From NCBI GenBank assembly GCA_041737125.1, contig JBGSSJ010000013.1, forward strand, positions 6,236 to 70,235: a stretch of 64,000 nt of DNA, in the 5' to 3' direction. Position 1 is the first letter of the stretch; every line of letters starts with the position of its first letter. The stretch is from Minisyncoccia bacterium (GTDB lineage Bacteria > Patescibacteriota > Minisyncoccia > Phycocordibacterales > UBA9973). Position numbers and translations under genes: made by a program. The notes below the pieces were generated by a model. That model had not been told where the DNA came from. It did no database searches and was given only the letters and a program-made list of their open reading frames with translations. This document shows, in pieces, positions 28,606 to 37,204 of the stretch.

Positions 28606-30249
28606 CTATATTTTCGCCATCACTTCTTCTGCTTTAGCTTTCGTCTTCGGTCCAAAGATACCATCGGGTACTAGATTACTCGCTTTCTGGAAAAGGATAA
28701 CTGCTTCTTTTGTTTTCAAGCCAAATATTCCATCAGCTGTAGGTAATTTGTAAGTTTGTTGATTTAGTGTAGGTATCAATTGATAACCTTCAACATTTAA
28801 GAATTCTTGAAGATACATTACATCAGCTCCGACTAGTCTTGGTGTCTGGAACTTAAGAGTTCTAGTGAATATATTAGGTTTCTTTATCAGGTAGCCATAT
28901 TGTCCTGTATATATATTTGGGTCGATTGTCGGTGTAGACATAAACACTGGTGGTTTGATGTATGACCCTGAAGATGAACGACAAGATTCTGTAGTGAATG
29001 TCATATCAGAGCCATAGCTTGTACCTATAGTGTTGGTAGCATAAGAACGATAATGGTATGTAGTATTGCAGTCTAAGTCTTCTATACTGCTACTGTATGC
29101 ACCTGTAGAGAATGATCCATTTTCAATAGTGTTTGTACCGTAGTTTGTATCAAGACCATAGTTGAATCCACGTATTGTAGGGTTCGCTCCTCCGGTTGAT
29201 GTGATATTACCATTTAGAGTGGTGGATGATCGTTCGGTATTAGTAGCAGGGGTCGTATTAAGTGATGGAGAGAAAGTGAGGGTGGTAGTATAAATATAGC
29301 CACTTGAAACTGTAGCTGCTAATTTCATACCATCTGCAGATGAAGTTATATCTGACCAACCAAATCCTCCAGTGTTTGATTGTTGAAGCCAAGTAACACC
29401 TGAATTTTCTGATGTATATATATATCCAGAATTTACTACTGCTGCGAGTTTTGTACCATCAGAAGATGAGGTAATAGACCTCCAATTTCTTTGACCTGAT
29501 GCTGTTTGTTCTGTCCAAGTATTTCCAGAATTCGAAGATGTATATATATATCCACCATAAACAGTAGCTGCTAATTGGACGCCATCCGAAGAGGAAGTTA
29601 TAGAATTCCATATTCTAGCACCTGAACCTGTCTTTTCAATCCATGTATCACCAGAATCTGTAGAAGTATAAATATAATCTTCTACTCCAAGTACTATTAC
29701 CGCGAGTTTCATACCATCCGAAGAAGAAGTTACAGAGCCCCAAGCTTTTTCACCTAAAGTTGTATATGGTGTCCAAATAACACCAGAATCTGTAGAAGTA
29801 TAAATATACTTAGATCCTCCTATATCCACAGTTGCTACCAAATTATTACCGTTAGAAGATGAAGCTATTGAATTCCACACTCTAACACCTGAATCTGCTT
29901 GTTCTACCCATGTAACACCAGAATCTGTAGAAGTATAAATATAACCTCCATATACCACCGCTGCGAGCTTCGTGCCATCTGAGGAAGAAGCGACTGAACG
30001 CCAGTCTCTTTGTCCTGAAAGTGTTTGTTCTGTCCAAGTATTTCCAGAATTTATTGAAGTATAAATATAACCTCCATCGACAACAGCTACGAGCTTAGTG
30101 CCATCAGAAGAGGAAGCTATAGAAGACCAGTTCCTTTGTCCTGAAAGTGTTTGTTCTGTAAAATCTGCATTTGTAAGATACGGAATAAATAAAGTCGTAA
30201 ATAAAGCAAATAAAAGGATAGTTGAATTTAATTTAAAATTTTTTAACAT
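28606..30249 (-). CDS. Secreted 7-bladed beta-propeller (Asp-box repeats) + Fn3-like + peptidoglycan-binding domain protein
   Basis: Signal peptide; seven ~42-aa repeats (WxSxxSSSDGxKL..GYIYTSxxSGxTW); TTYHYRSYATN Fn3-like; GADVMYLQEFL..DGIFGLKT..FQ..DGIFGPKT. Confidence 0.85.
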   Translation of the reverse strand: MLKNFKLNSTILLFALFTTLFIPYLTNADFTEQTLSGQRNWSSIASSSDGTKLVAVVDGGYIYTSINSGNTWTEQTLSGQRDWRSVASSSDGTKLAAVVYGGYIYTSTDSGVTWVEQADSGVRVWNSIASSSNGNNLVATVDIGGSKYIYTSTDSGVIWTPYTTLGEKAWGSVTSSSDGMKLAVIVLGVEDYIYTSTDSGDTWIEKTGSGARIWNSITSSSDGVQLAATVYGGYIYTSSNSGNTWTEQTASGQRNWRSITSSSDGTKLAAVVNSGYIYTSENSGVTWLQQSNTGGFGWSDITSSADGMKLAATVSSGYIYTTTLTFSPSLNTTPATNTERSSTTLNGNITSTGGANPTIRGFNYGLDTNYGTNTIENGSFSTGAYSSSIEDLDCNTTYHYRSYATNTIGTSYGSDMTFTTESCRSSSGSYIKPPVFMSTPTIDPNIYTGQYGYLIKKPNIFTRTLKFQTPRLVGADVMYLQEFLNVEGYQLIPTLNQQTYKLPTADGIFGLKTKEAVILFQKASNLVPDGIFGPKTKAKAEEVMAKI

Positions 30250-30272
30250 ATAACTATTATATCATATAAAAC

Positions 30273-30299
30273 AACAAAGCCCCGTTGAGGGGCTTTGTT
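30273..30299 (-). terminator. Terminator of the ribosomal protein operon
   Basis: AACAAAGCCCC-GTTGA-GGGGCTTTGTT directly after the rpsI stop. Confidence 0.8.
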
Positions 30300-30709
30300 T
30301 AACGTTTTGACCATTGTGGAGATTTGCGAGCTTTCTTGAGTCCGAATTTCTTTCTTTCTACTTGGCGAGGATCACGTTTGAGCATTTTTGCTTTCTTGAG
30401 AACTCCGCGTAGTTCAGCATCAAATAATACTAGTGCACGAGATATACCATGGCGTACTGCTTCTGCTTGAGCATGAGATCCACCACCCTTTGTTGTGACT
30501 ACTACCTCGAACTTCTCAGATGGAGTTGCTTGCTCGAATGCACCAGTAACTATCTTGTTGAGCTCAGGAGTCGGGAAATAAACCGCTAGTTCTTTACCGT
30601 TTATATCATAAGTTGTCTTGGAAGCTTTGAATAGCTTCACTACTGCTGTAGCAGTCTTCCTGCGGCCGATTGCTCTGTAGTATTCTTTTGTGTTTGTCTT
30701 TTTTTCCAT
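30299..30709 (-). CDS. rpsI: 30S ribosomal protein uS9
   Basis: GRRKTATA, GGG..QAEAVRHGI, ERKKFGLKKARKSPQWSKR. Confidence 0.98.
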   Translation of the reverse strand: MEKKTNTKEYYRAIGRRKTATAVVKLFKASKTTYDINGKELAVYFPTPELNKIVTGAFEQATPSEKFEVVVTTKGGGSHAQAEAVRHGISRALVLFDAELRGVLKKAKMLKRDPRQVERKKFGLKKARKSPQWSKR

Positions 30710-30716
30710 AAAAATT

Positions 30717-31067
30717 TTATTCGGTGATTGTTAAACGCTTCATCATAAGTGGGCGAAGCTTGTTTGCAGGTAGCATACCATAAACAGCAAGTTCATAAAG
30801 ACCCTTCCATCCTTTGTTCTTTATAATTTTGTCATTTGTAGCAGTTTTAAATCCACCTGGGTACCCTGAATATGTCTCGTGAAGAGTCTCTTTCATTCGG
30901 CGCTCTGACATTTTAGTCATCCCAGCGTTTGTAATATAAACCAGGACATCAGCTACCTTGTTCGATACATAGTCCGGTGAATTCTTACCCATAAGAGCCT
31001 TCGCAGCTACTGAAGCTACGCGTCCTAAAGTTTTGCCACTTGCATCAATTGTATGTGATTTAGCCAT
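30717..31067 (-). CDS. rplM: 50S ribosomal protein uL13 (short)
   Basis: IDASGKTLGRVAS, SGYPGG, AVYGMLP. Confidence 0.95.
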   Translation of the reverse strand: MAKSHTIDASGKTLGRVASVAAKALMGKNSPDYVSNKVADVLVYITNAGMTKMSERRMKETLHETYSGYPGGFKTATNDKIIKNKGWKGLYELAVYGMLPANKLRPLMMKRLTITE

Positions 31068-31071
31068 ATAT

Positions 31072-31425
31072 TTATATAAATTCTATTACTGCCATCTTAC
31101 TTGCATCGCCTCCTCGACGAGGGAGCTTGGTAATGCGTGTATAACCACCTGCACGTCCTTTGTATTTTGGAGCTATAACATCTACTAGCTTCTTTGTCTC
31201 AGCGTTTAGATTATATAAACGAGACAGAACTATTCTTCGTGAAGCAAGTGTACCTAAATTTGCTTTTGTTACTAGCTTCTCCATTAATGGACGAAGTTCT
31301 TTGGCTTTGGCTTCTGTTGTCTCTATTCTCTCGTGAGATATCAATGACAAAACAAGACCTTTCAATAGTGCATGGCGTTGATTCTTGTTTCTTCCAAATT
31401 TTCTTACATTGCTGTGGTGTCTCAT
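31072..31425 (-). CDS. rplQ: 50S ribosomal protein bL17
   Basis: MRHH..RKFGR, IETTEAKAKE, GGYTRI. Confidence 0.97.
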   Translation of the reverse strand: MRHHSNVRKFGRNKNQRHALLKGLVLSLISHERIETTEAKAKELRPLMEKLVTKANLGTLASRRIVLSRLYNLNAETKKLVDVIAPKYKGRAGGYTRITKLPRRGGDASKMAVIEFI

Positions 31426-31427
31426 AA

Positions 31428-31462
31428 ATAATTACAAATTACTAATTACTAATTACGATTTA
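31428..31462. repeat. 5 x 7-bp tandem repeat (TAATTNG on minus strand)
   Basis: ATAATTA CAAATTA CTAATTA CTAATTA CGATTTA fills the rpoA-rplQ spacer. Confidence 0.7.
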
Positions 31463-32437
31463 CTTTAGTGTTATACCATATCCGGAAAGTATTTTCTTGA
31501 TCTCCTGGATACCCTTATCACCTATTCCTTCGATTTCTAATAAATCCTCCTTCTTCTTACGAGCGATGCCTCCTACAGTGCGTATATTTGCACCTGTTAG
31601 AGCGTTCAGTGTACGAGTAGAAAGATCTAGGGTATCAATACGAGTCTTTAGGATATCTGTGAATTCACTGCCTTCACCTTCTTTCTTATCTTCTTTACCA
31701 TCCTTATCTGATTCATCTGTTTCATCTTTACTTACTGACTTAGATGAAATAGTGAAGCCGACGATTGCCTGTAATTGTTCTACCATAATAGTGATAGCAT
31801 GTTCAAGTGCTTCACGTGAAGAAAGTGTACCGTCAGTCTCGATAGTCATACGTAGGCGGTTGTGGTTTGTCTTGTCACCGACACGCATATTCTCAACTTC
31901 GTAAGAAACACGGCGGATAGGAGTGAATATCGCATCTACAGATATTGTACCTACTTCATTCTTTGTCTTCTGGTGAGAATCCTTTGGTACGAAACCAAGG
32001 CCTTTCTCTACTGTCATTTCTATAGAAAAGTTTACTTTACCTGTAACTTCTGCGATGTGAAGATCTTTATTTAGAACTTCAACTTGTCCAGATACATCGA
32101 TGTCACCGGCCGTAACAGTCTTTGGGCCTTTTACAGAAATCTTTACAGTTTGAGGTTCATCTGTTAATAGTCTGAAGCGAACTTGCTTCAAATGTAGAAG
32201 AATAGTTATAACATCTTCTTTGACACCTTCTAGAACTGAGAATTCATGGTCTGCACCTTCAATTTTGAGTGATGTAATAGCTGCACCTGTAAGAGAAGAT
32301 AGGATGATACGACGAAGAGAGTTACCAAGAGTATGTCCGTAACCAGGGTAAAGACCGTCAATTTCATAGACACCTTTAGTGCCTACTTCAGAAACGATAG
32401 ATAACTTTGATGGTAAGATAATATTTAAATCAGACAT
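31460..32437 (-). CDS. rpoA: RNA polymerase alpha subunit
   Basis: GYGHTLGNSLRRIILSS, HEFSVLEGVKEDV, DAIFTPI, alpha-CTD LSTRTLNAL; start moved to MSDLN. Confidence 0.98.
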   Translation of the reverse strand: MSDLNIILPSKLSIVSEVGTKGVYEIDGLYPGYGHTLGNSLRRIILSSLTGAAITSLKIEGADHEFSVLEGVKEDVITILLHLKQVRFRLLTDEPQTVKISVKGPKTVTAGDIDVSGQVEVLNKDLHIAEVTGKVNFSIEMTVEKGLGFVPKDSHQKTKNEVGTISVDAIFTPIRRVSYEVENMRVGDKTNHNRLRMTIETDGTLSSREALEHAITIMVEQLQAIVGFTISSKSVSKDETDESDKDGKEDKKEGEGSEFTDILKTRIDTLDLSTRTLNALTGANIRTVGGIARKKKEDLLEIEGIGDKGIQEIKKILSGYGITLK

Positions 32438-32502
32438 ATAATATTTGATATTGGAAAGTATAAAACTTTCATTATTATTAAAAGCGAACAATGCGACCGC
32501 TA

Positions 32503-33111
32503 TTAACGACTATAAAATTCAAGCACAGTGTTAAGGTCTAAATAACCTTCCACATTTTTTGGTTTACCTTGCATACCACCTGAAAGTGATTCTGCATTAA
32601 AAGTAAGCCAGTTTGGTAAAGTATATTCTTTCATTTTCTTCGTCATATCAGCAAATAGTACACTCTTTGAGCTCCCTGCTCGGACAGCTATCACATCTCC
32701 AACTTTAACTTTGTGGGAAGCAACAGTTATCTTCTTACCATTTACTGTTATATGTCCGTGAGAAACCATCTGACGAGAAAGGCGGCGAGTATGAGCAAGC
32801 CCTAATCTGTAAGTGACATTATCAAGTCTAGTCTCGAGTAATTCGAAAAGGTATTCAGTAGCGGGTGCACCTTTGTGTGCAACTGCTTCGTTGATGTAGT
32901 TTGAAAATTGCTTTTCACTGATGCCGTACATGAAACGAACCTTCTGCTTCTCGATAAATTGAAGTCCGTAGTCAGAAAGTGCTTTCGGACGCTTGTTCTT
33001 CATATTCTTCGCATGACGAGCTTCAGATTGCACGAATTTAGCTGTTTGACATTTCTCAAACACACCTGGGCCTAGACGTCTACAAATTTTATATTTTTGG
33101 GCTGTTTTCAT
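32503..33111 (-). CDS. rpsD: 30S ribosomal protein uS4
   Basis: SDYGLQFIEKQK, LETRLDN, RQMVSHGHI, EFYSR. Confidence 0.97.
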   Translation of the reverse strand: MKTAQKYKICRRLGPGVFEKCQTAKFVQSEARHAKNMKNKRPKALSDYGLQFIEKQKVRFMYGISEKQFSNYINEAVAHKGAPATEYLFELLETRLDNVTYRLGLAHTRRLSRQMVSHGHITVNGKKITVASHKVKVGDVIAVRAGSSKSVLFADMTKKMKEYTLPNWLTFNAESLSGGMQGKPKNVEGYLDLNTVLEFYSR

Positions 33112-33122
33112 ATTTATTTAAA

Positions 33123-33572
33123 TTATACTCTGCGAGGTTTCTTTGGTTTTGGACCATTGTGAGGGACTGGAGTTGTATCACGGACACCTGATATCTCTAT
33201 ATCATAAGCCATGAATGCACGGATAGTAGGCTCACGACCACTACCGACACCTTTCACTTTTACATCTACTTCCTTGATTCCTAGAGCTTTTGCTTTCTCT
33301 CCGATAACAGAACCTGCTTTTGAAGCTGCGAATGGTGTACCCTTCTTTGCACCTTTGAATCCTAGAGATCCAGCTGATGTCCAGAATAATGTATTACCTT
33401 CTTTGTCTGATAGTACTACCTTTGTATTATTGAAAGTGGCTTCTACATGCAAAGTACCAGAAACAATCTTCTTCTTTGGAACTTTAACAGATGATTTAGG
33501 CGCGTCTGCAACTGTAGTATCAACTACATCTTCTTTGCCCTCTTCTTTTTTTACAATTTTTACTTTTCCCAT
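33123..33572 (-). CDS. rpsK: 30S ribosomal protein uS11
   Basis: ATFNNT, KKGTPFAA, GVGSGRE, DTTPVPHNG. Confidence 0.97.
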   Translation of the reverse strand: MGKVKIVKKEEGKEDVVDTTVADAPKSSVKVPKKKIVSGTLHVEATFNNTKVVLSDKEGNTLFWTSAGSLGFKGAKKGTPFAASKAGSVIGEKAKALGIKEVDVKVKGVGSGREPTIRAFMAYDIEISGVRDTTPVPHNGPKPKKPRRV

Positions 33573-33585
33573 AATTTTTAGTTCT

Positions 33586-33665
33586 TAAAGTTTATAAAGG
33601 TTATAAAGTTGTAAAGTTTATAAAGTAAAAACCTTTAACCTTATAACTTTCTACTTGATTACTTG
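33586..33665. repeat. 8-9 bp tandem repeats followed by degenerate inverted copies
   Basis: TAAAGTTTA TAAAGGTTA TAAAGTTG TAAAGTTTA TAAAGT then CCTTTAA CCTTATAA CTTTCTA CTTGATTA CTTG in the rpsM-rpsK spacer. Confidence 0.6.
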
Positions 33666-33667
33666 CC

Positions 33668-34048
33668 CTATGTCTTACTCTCCTTTCTGCGACCTGATGC
33701 CATTGTCTTTCTGACATTGCCACGGACTGTACGGGAATTTGTTTTTGTTCTTTGGCCATTTACTGGAAGCCTCTTCATGTGACGGACTCCTCTGTATGAC
33801 TTGATGTCTTTCAATCTTTTAATGTTTGCAGATATCTCACGCTTTAGAGCTCCTTCGATAGACATAGTCTCTATAACTTTACGGATGGAATTCTCTTGGT
33901 CTACTGTTAGAACGTCACCTTTAAGATTCTTATCTATACCTACTTCTTTGAGTATCATACGAGCGCGTGACAACCCAATACCATAGAGGGATGTAAGGCC
34001 TATGTCTAAATGCTTGTTGTTTGGAATGTTTATACCGAGTATTCTCAT
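33668..34048 (-). CDS. rpsM: 30S ribosomal protein uS13
   Basis: LTSLYGIG, SYRGVRH..LPVNGQRTKTNSRT. Confidence 0.97.
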   Translation of the reverse strand: MRILGINIPNNKHLDIGLTSLYGIGLSRARMILKEVGIDKNLKGDVLTVDQENSIRKVIETMSIEGALKREISANIKRLKDIKSYRGVRHMKRLPVNGQRTKTNSRTVRGNVRKTMASGRRKESKT

Positions 34049-34053
34049 AAAAA

Positions 34054-34164
34054 TTATTGTTTTTGCTTATGTTTAGGATTATCACAAATAACGCGAAGGT
34101 GACCTTGGCGTTTTATCATTTTGCACTTCGCACAGATTTTCTTAACTGCTGATTTGATCTTCAT
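34054..34164 (-). CDS. rpmJ: 50S ribosomal protein bL36 (below ORF-track cutoff)
   Basis: Hand-translated [36 protein letters not shown]; CxxC..CxxxxH zinc form; canonical position. Confidence 0.96.
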   Translation of the reverse strand: MKIKSAVKKICAKCKMIKRQGHLRVICDNPKHKQKQ

Positions 34165-34281
34165 ATTATATAAATTGTCTTTACGCGAAATAAAAATATA
34201 GGGCTTTTACCCTCTATTTTTAACCAAAGCGTATGTCAGAACATACTACACTATATCTTTTAAAAATGCAAGCGTTATCTC

Positions 34282-34497
34282 TTAACTTCTCTTTATAATA
34301 CGGCCTTTGCCTCCATACGGATCAAGCAGTACTTCTACCCTATCCCCGACTAGCACTTTTATGCGATGCATTCGCATCTTCCCAGCCAAATAAGAGATAA
34401 TGATTTTGTCATTACCTATATCTACTCGAAATAGTGTATTCGGGAGTGCCTCAGTCACAGTACCTATGACTGTATTTGTATCATCTTTTTGATTCAT
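34282..34497 (-). CDS. infA: Translation initiation factor IF-1
   Basis: GTVTEALPNTLFRV, GKMRMHRIKVLVGDRV, KGRII. Confidence 0.97.
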   Translation of the reverse strand: MNQKDDTNTVIGTVTEALPNTLFRVDIGNDKIIISYLAGKMRMHRIKVLVGDRVEVLLDPYGGKGRIIKRS

Positions 34498-34541
34498 CGA
34501 TTAGACAATCATAACAATATCTAGATTTATAGTCAATAATT

Positions 34542-35987
34542 TTATTGAGTCATCATATTCACTTTGATTTTTGAAACATCTTCTGGTAGATATGAATACC
34601 AAGGTGGGAAGATTTTTGCAGTAGCAGAGACTATGCCCGGATCAGCTTTGAATATTTCTACTAAGTTATTCTTATGGGCGCCTTTAATCTGCTCTTTGAG
34701 TTGTGCGAGGTCTGGTGACCAGACAGCTTCAATACTACCAGTGAGTGTAAACCCTATCGAATTCATATCTTTAGTGATAAGCCTTCCCTCTTCAGTGAAA
34801 GCAAACTTCAGCTTCGATACGTCAGTGATACTTATCTCCTTTATTTCCTTCTCAGAAATCTTCGGTAGCAAGTTATTAATTAGAACTTTTGATAAATCTT
34901 CCTTGTGTAGGATTATAGAAGACATAGTTCCTTTTATCATAACTCTTGCATTTGGTTGGTTGAACATTTCCTCAGAGTTCGTATCATAAAGGAATTGTGA
35001 AGCCTCATTATATAGAACATATCCTGGTGGAACTTCAGCTTCTACTTTCTTCATAAGATTATTGCGGAAAATTGTCTCAGCATTAGTTTTTATTATTTCT
35101 TTTTCTCTATCTCCTAGTGTATAGACTACACCTTCTGCTCCGCCTGTTATAGGAGTTTTGAGCTTAGCATACATTTTCGTAGCTTTGGCTGTGCCCTTGT
35201 AAGCATTAATTTTATAATCAGTTTCAGTATTATTGTATTGAGATCCAGCCAGGAATGAAGTCACTGTGACAGCCATTTCTCCGGGGACTATCTTACCACC
35301 TACTGTTTTATACCCGGGTATGGTTATAGCTTTGTCTGTTAGATATACTTTACCCGCAGCGTCGGATATATAACTATTCTTCGCAATCGTTTGGGCTTTA
35401 GTGCTGAATTCGTTGAAGAATGTAACTTCACCTTTTGCTTTATAAGACACATCATCTGTCTCACTTAGAGTTATCTCTTTGTAATCTTCCATCGAGACTA
35501 TCATAAGCTCGAAATCTACTGATGCATCTGCCCCTTTGGCTGCTATAAATGCTTTCTTATCTAGGTCAAAAGTCTGTCTTTTGTTCACCATATCTATGCT
35601 TACATTATGGAGCATATCAGAAATATAGTATCCCCCACCGAAGATGACAGCAATTATGAAGAATACTAGGAATGACTTCCTCATACCACCTGACCTTCTA
35701 CGACTTTGTGGAGTAGAATATATCTTTTCACTTATTTCGCGTTCATAAGAGCTTTGGTAAGGACGCGCTTGTACAGTAGGCTCACTCTTCTTCTCTACTA
35801 TCTTTTCGATTTCTACTCTTTGTATAGGCTTCTCTATAATTTTAGGCTCTTGTGGTTTTACAAATTTCTCTTTCACCACCTCATCTACCTCTCTTGTTTG
35901 GGCTTCGGTCTCTTTTATATTATTTTTTGAAATCATAGTGATTCGCACTCCCTTTGATTTCATATCCTGCATTATTTTTTTGGGCAT
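34542..35987 (-). CDS. Bitopic membrane protein with baseplate J/gp47-like extracellular domain
   Basis: Charged cytoplasmic N-terminus, one TM, then KAKGEVTFFN..ITIPG..VTSFLAGSQYN..ITGG and C-terminal PPWYSYLP. Confidence 0.6.
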   Translation of the reverse strand: MPKKIMQDMKSKGVRITMISKNNIKETEAQTREVDEVVKEKFVKPQEPKIIEKPIQRVEIEKIVEKKSEPTVQARPYQSSYEREISEKIYSTPQSRRRSGGMRKSFLVFFIIAVIFGGGYYISDMLHNVSIDMVNKRQTFDLDKKAFIAAKGADASVDFELMIVSMEDYKEITLSETDDVSYKAKGEVTFFNEFSTKAQTIAKNSYISDAAGKVYLTDKAITIPGYKTVGGKIVPGEMAVTVTSFLAGSQYNNTETDYKINAYKGTAKATKMYAKLKTPITGGAEGVVYTLGDREKEIIKTNAETIFRNNLMKKVEAEVPPGYVLYNEASQFLYDTNSEEMFNQPNARVMIKGTMSSIILHKEDLSKVLINNLLPKISEKEIKEISITDVSKLKFAFTEEGRLITKDMNSIGFTLTGSIEAVWSPDLAQLKEQIKGAHKNNLVEIFKADPGIVSATAKIFPPWYSYLPEDVSKIKVNMMTQ

Positions 35988-35991
35988 ATAA

Positions 35992-37179
35992 TTAATTTAA
36001 TTTTCTCATAAAAGCTATGGCTTCGATCATTAAGAATGGATCACATGTTCCATCTTTGACGCTACACATTGTTAAAAATTCTGGTCCTTCAAGTGTCACT
36101 ACTGTGGCTTTGTGGTTGGCAACCATAGACTGAATGAAGGGTTCGTTGCGAATCACATCGACAAACCAATCACGGACATCTAAGTTTGCGGTTAGGAATA
36201 TAGTACTAGGTAATGTCAGAGTATGAGGCAGAGTACTAATAGCTTTACGGAATTCGTCACCCCAAGAATTCTCGATAGATTTGAACAATGGCTCTACTTT
36301 CTCTCTTTTACTTTCACTTAGACTATTCGTACTGTAGAGCTTGAAGAGTTCTTCTGCGTCACGTAGCTCAATTTCGAGCTTTGTATACATATATTTAAAA
36401 AATGTCTTTCTGCCGAATGGGAAAGATATGGATGCTTTTAGCACTCCTTTCGTAATAATAGCCACATCAGTAATCTCGCCACCGATATCGAGAAGCAAAT
36501 ATGAATCAGGTACTACATACCTGTCTCTTACTGCTATATATGATGACAATACAAATGAAGAGAATGATACAGGTATATGGTGGAAAGTTTTTGAAAGAAT
36601 TTCTCTTATAGCATCAAGAGCACTTTTGGGTGACATGGATATCGCGATATTCATCTCAGCAGAGCGGCTGTGCATACCTATAGGCTCTTCGACAAGGTAT
36701 CCATTGAGTGACACTCCCATAACTTGCTGCTCTATAATCTCAGGCTCACTTTTTGTATTGCTGTACTTCTCTTTGTATAAATTTCTGACAGAAGAAAGCT
36801 CATTATCTAGCATTTCATCTGCTATTTTGCTTGTGAAAATAAATGGTTTATCTTTTGTCATTTTTATTGTTCTAGTTTCTGATAGATACCATGGCGAAGA
36901 AAGAACGCATAGTATCTCGTCTGGTGCTGATATCTTGCTACTGTATAGCTTGTCTGCTGTAGAGTGAAGAGCCTTTAACATATCCTTGAGGAAGATATCG
37001 AAATCAAGTTCTTCGTGATAAGTGACTTCGGTGCGGAAAGATTTCAGTATTGTGGGTACTTTGGTTTTATCTGTAGGTATTCGCGTAAGAGCCCCACCGA
37101 CGCTACCAGAACCAACGTCAAAAATAGCGATAACTTTTTCCTTTTTAGATGATGAAAATAAAAAACTCATAGTACTCAT
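35992..37179 (-). CDS. Divergent FtsA/PilM-like actin-fold ATPase
   Basis: IFDVGSGSVG (phosphate 1), LLLDIGGEITD (phosphate 2), SFPFG. Confidence 0.72.
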   Translation of the reverse strand: MSTMSFLFSSSKKEKVIAIFDVGSGSVGGALTRIPTDKTKVPTILKSFRTEVTYHEELDFDIFLKDMLKALHSTADKLYSSKISAPDEILCVLSSPWYLSETRTIKMTKDKPFIFTSKIADEMLDNELSSVRNLYKEKYSNTKSEPEIIEQQVMGVSLNGYLVEEPIGMHSRSAEMNIAISMSPKSALDAIREILSKTFHHIPVSFSSFVLSSYIAVRDRYVVPDSYLLLDIGGEITDVAIITKGVLKASISFPFGRKTFFKYMYTKLEIELRDAEELFKLYSTNSLSESKREKVEPLFKSIENSWGDEFRKAISTLPHTLTLPSTIFLTANLDVRDWFVDVIRNEPFIQSMVANHKATVVTLEGPEFLTMCSVKDGTCDPFLMIEAIAFMRKLN

Positions 37180-37204
37180 ATTATACTACAATTTCGGAAA
37201 ATAT

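Noticed and set aside
29280-30160. Regular direct repeats resembling a CRISPR array or DGR template
   Set aside because: They are in-frame coding repeats of beta-propeller blades (about 126 bp), with no unique spacers and no reverse transcriptase.
34542-35987. Prophage or contractile tail locus
   Set aside because: Only one baseplate-like domain, membrane-anchored, with no sheath, tube, terminase or integrase nearby.
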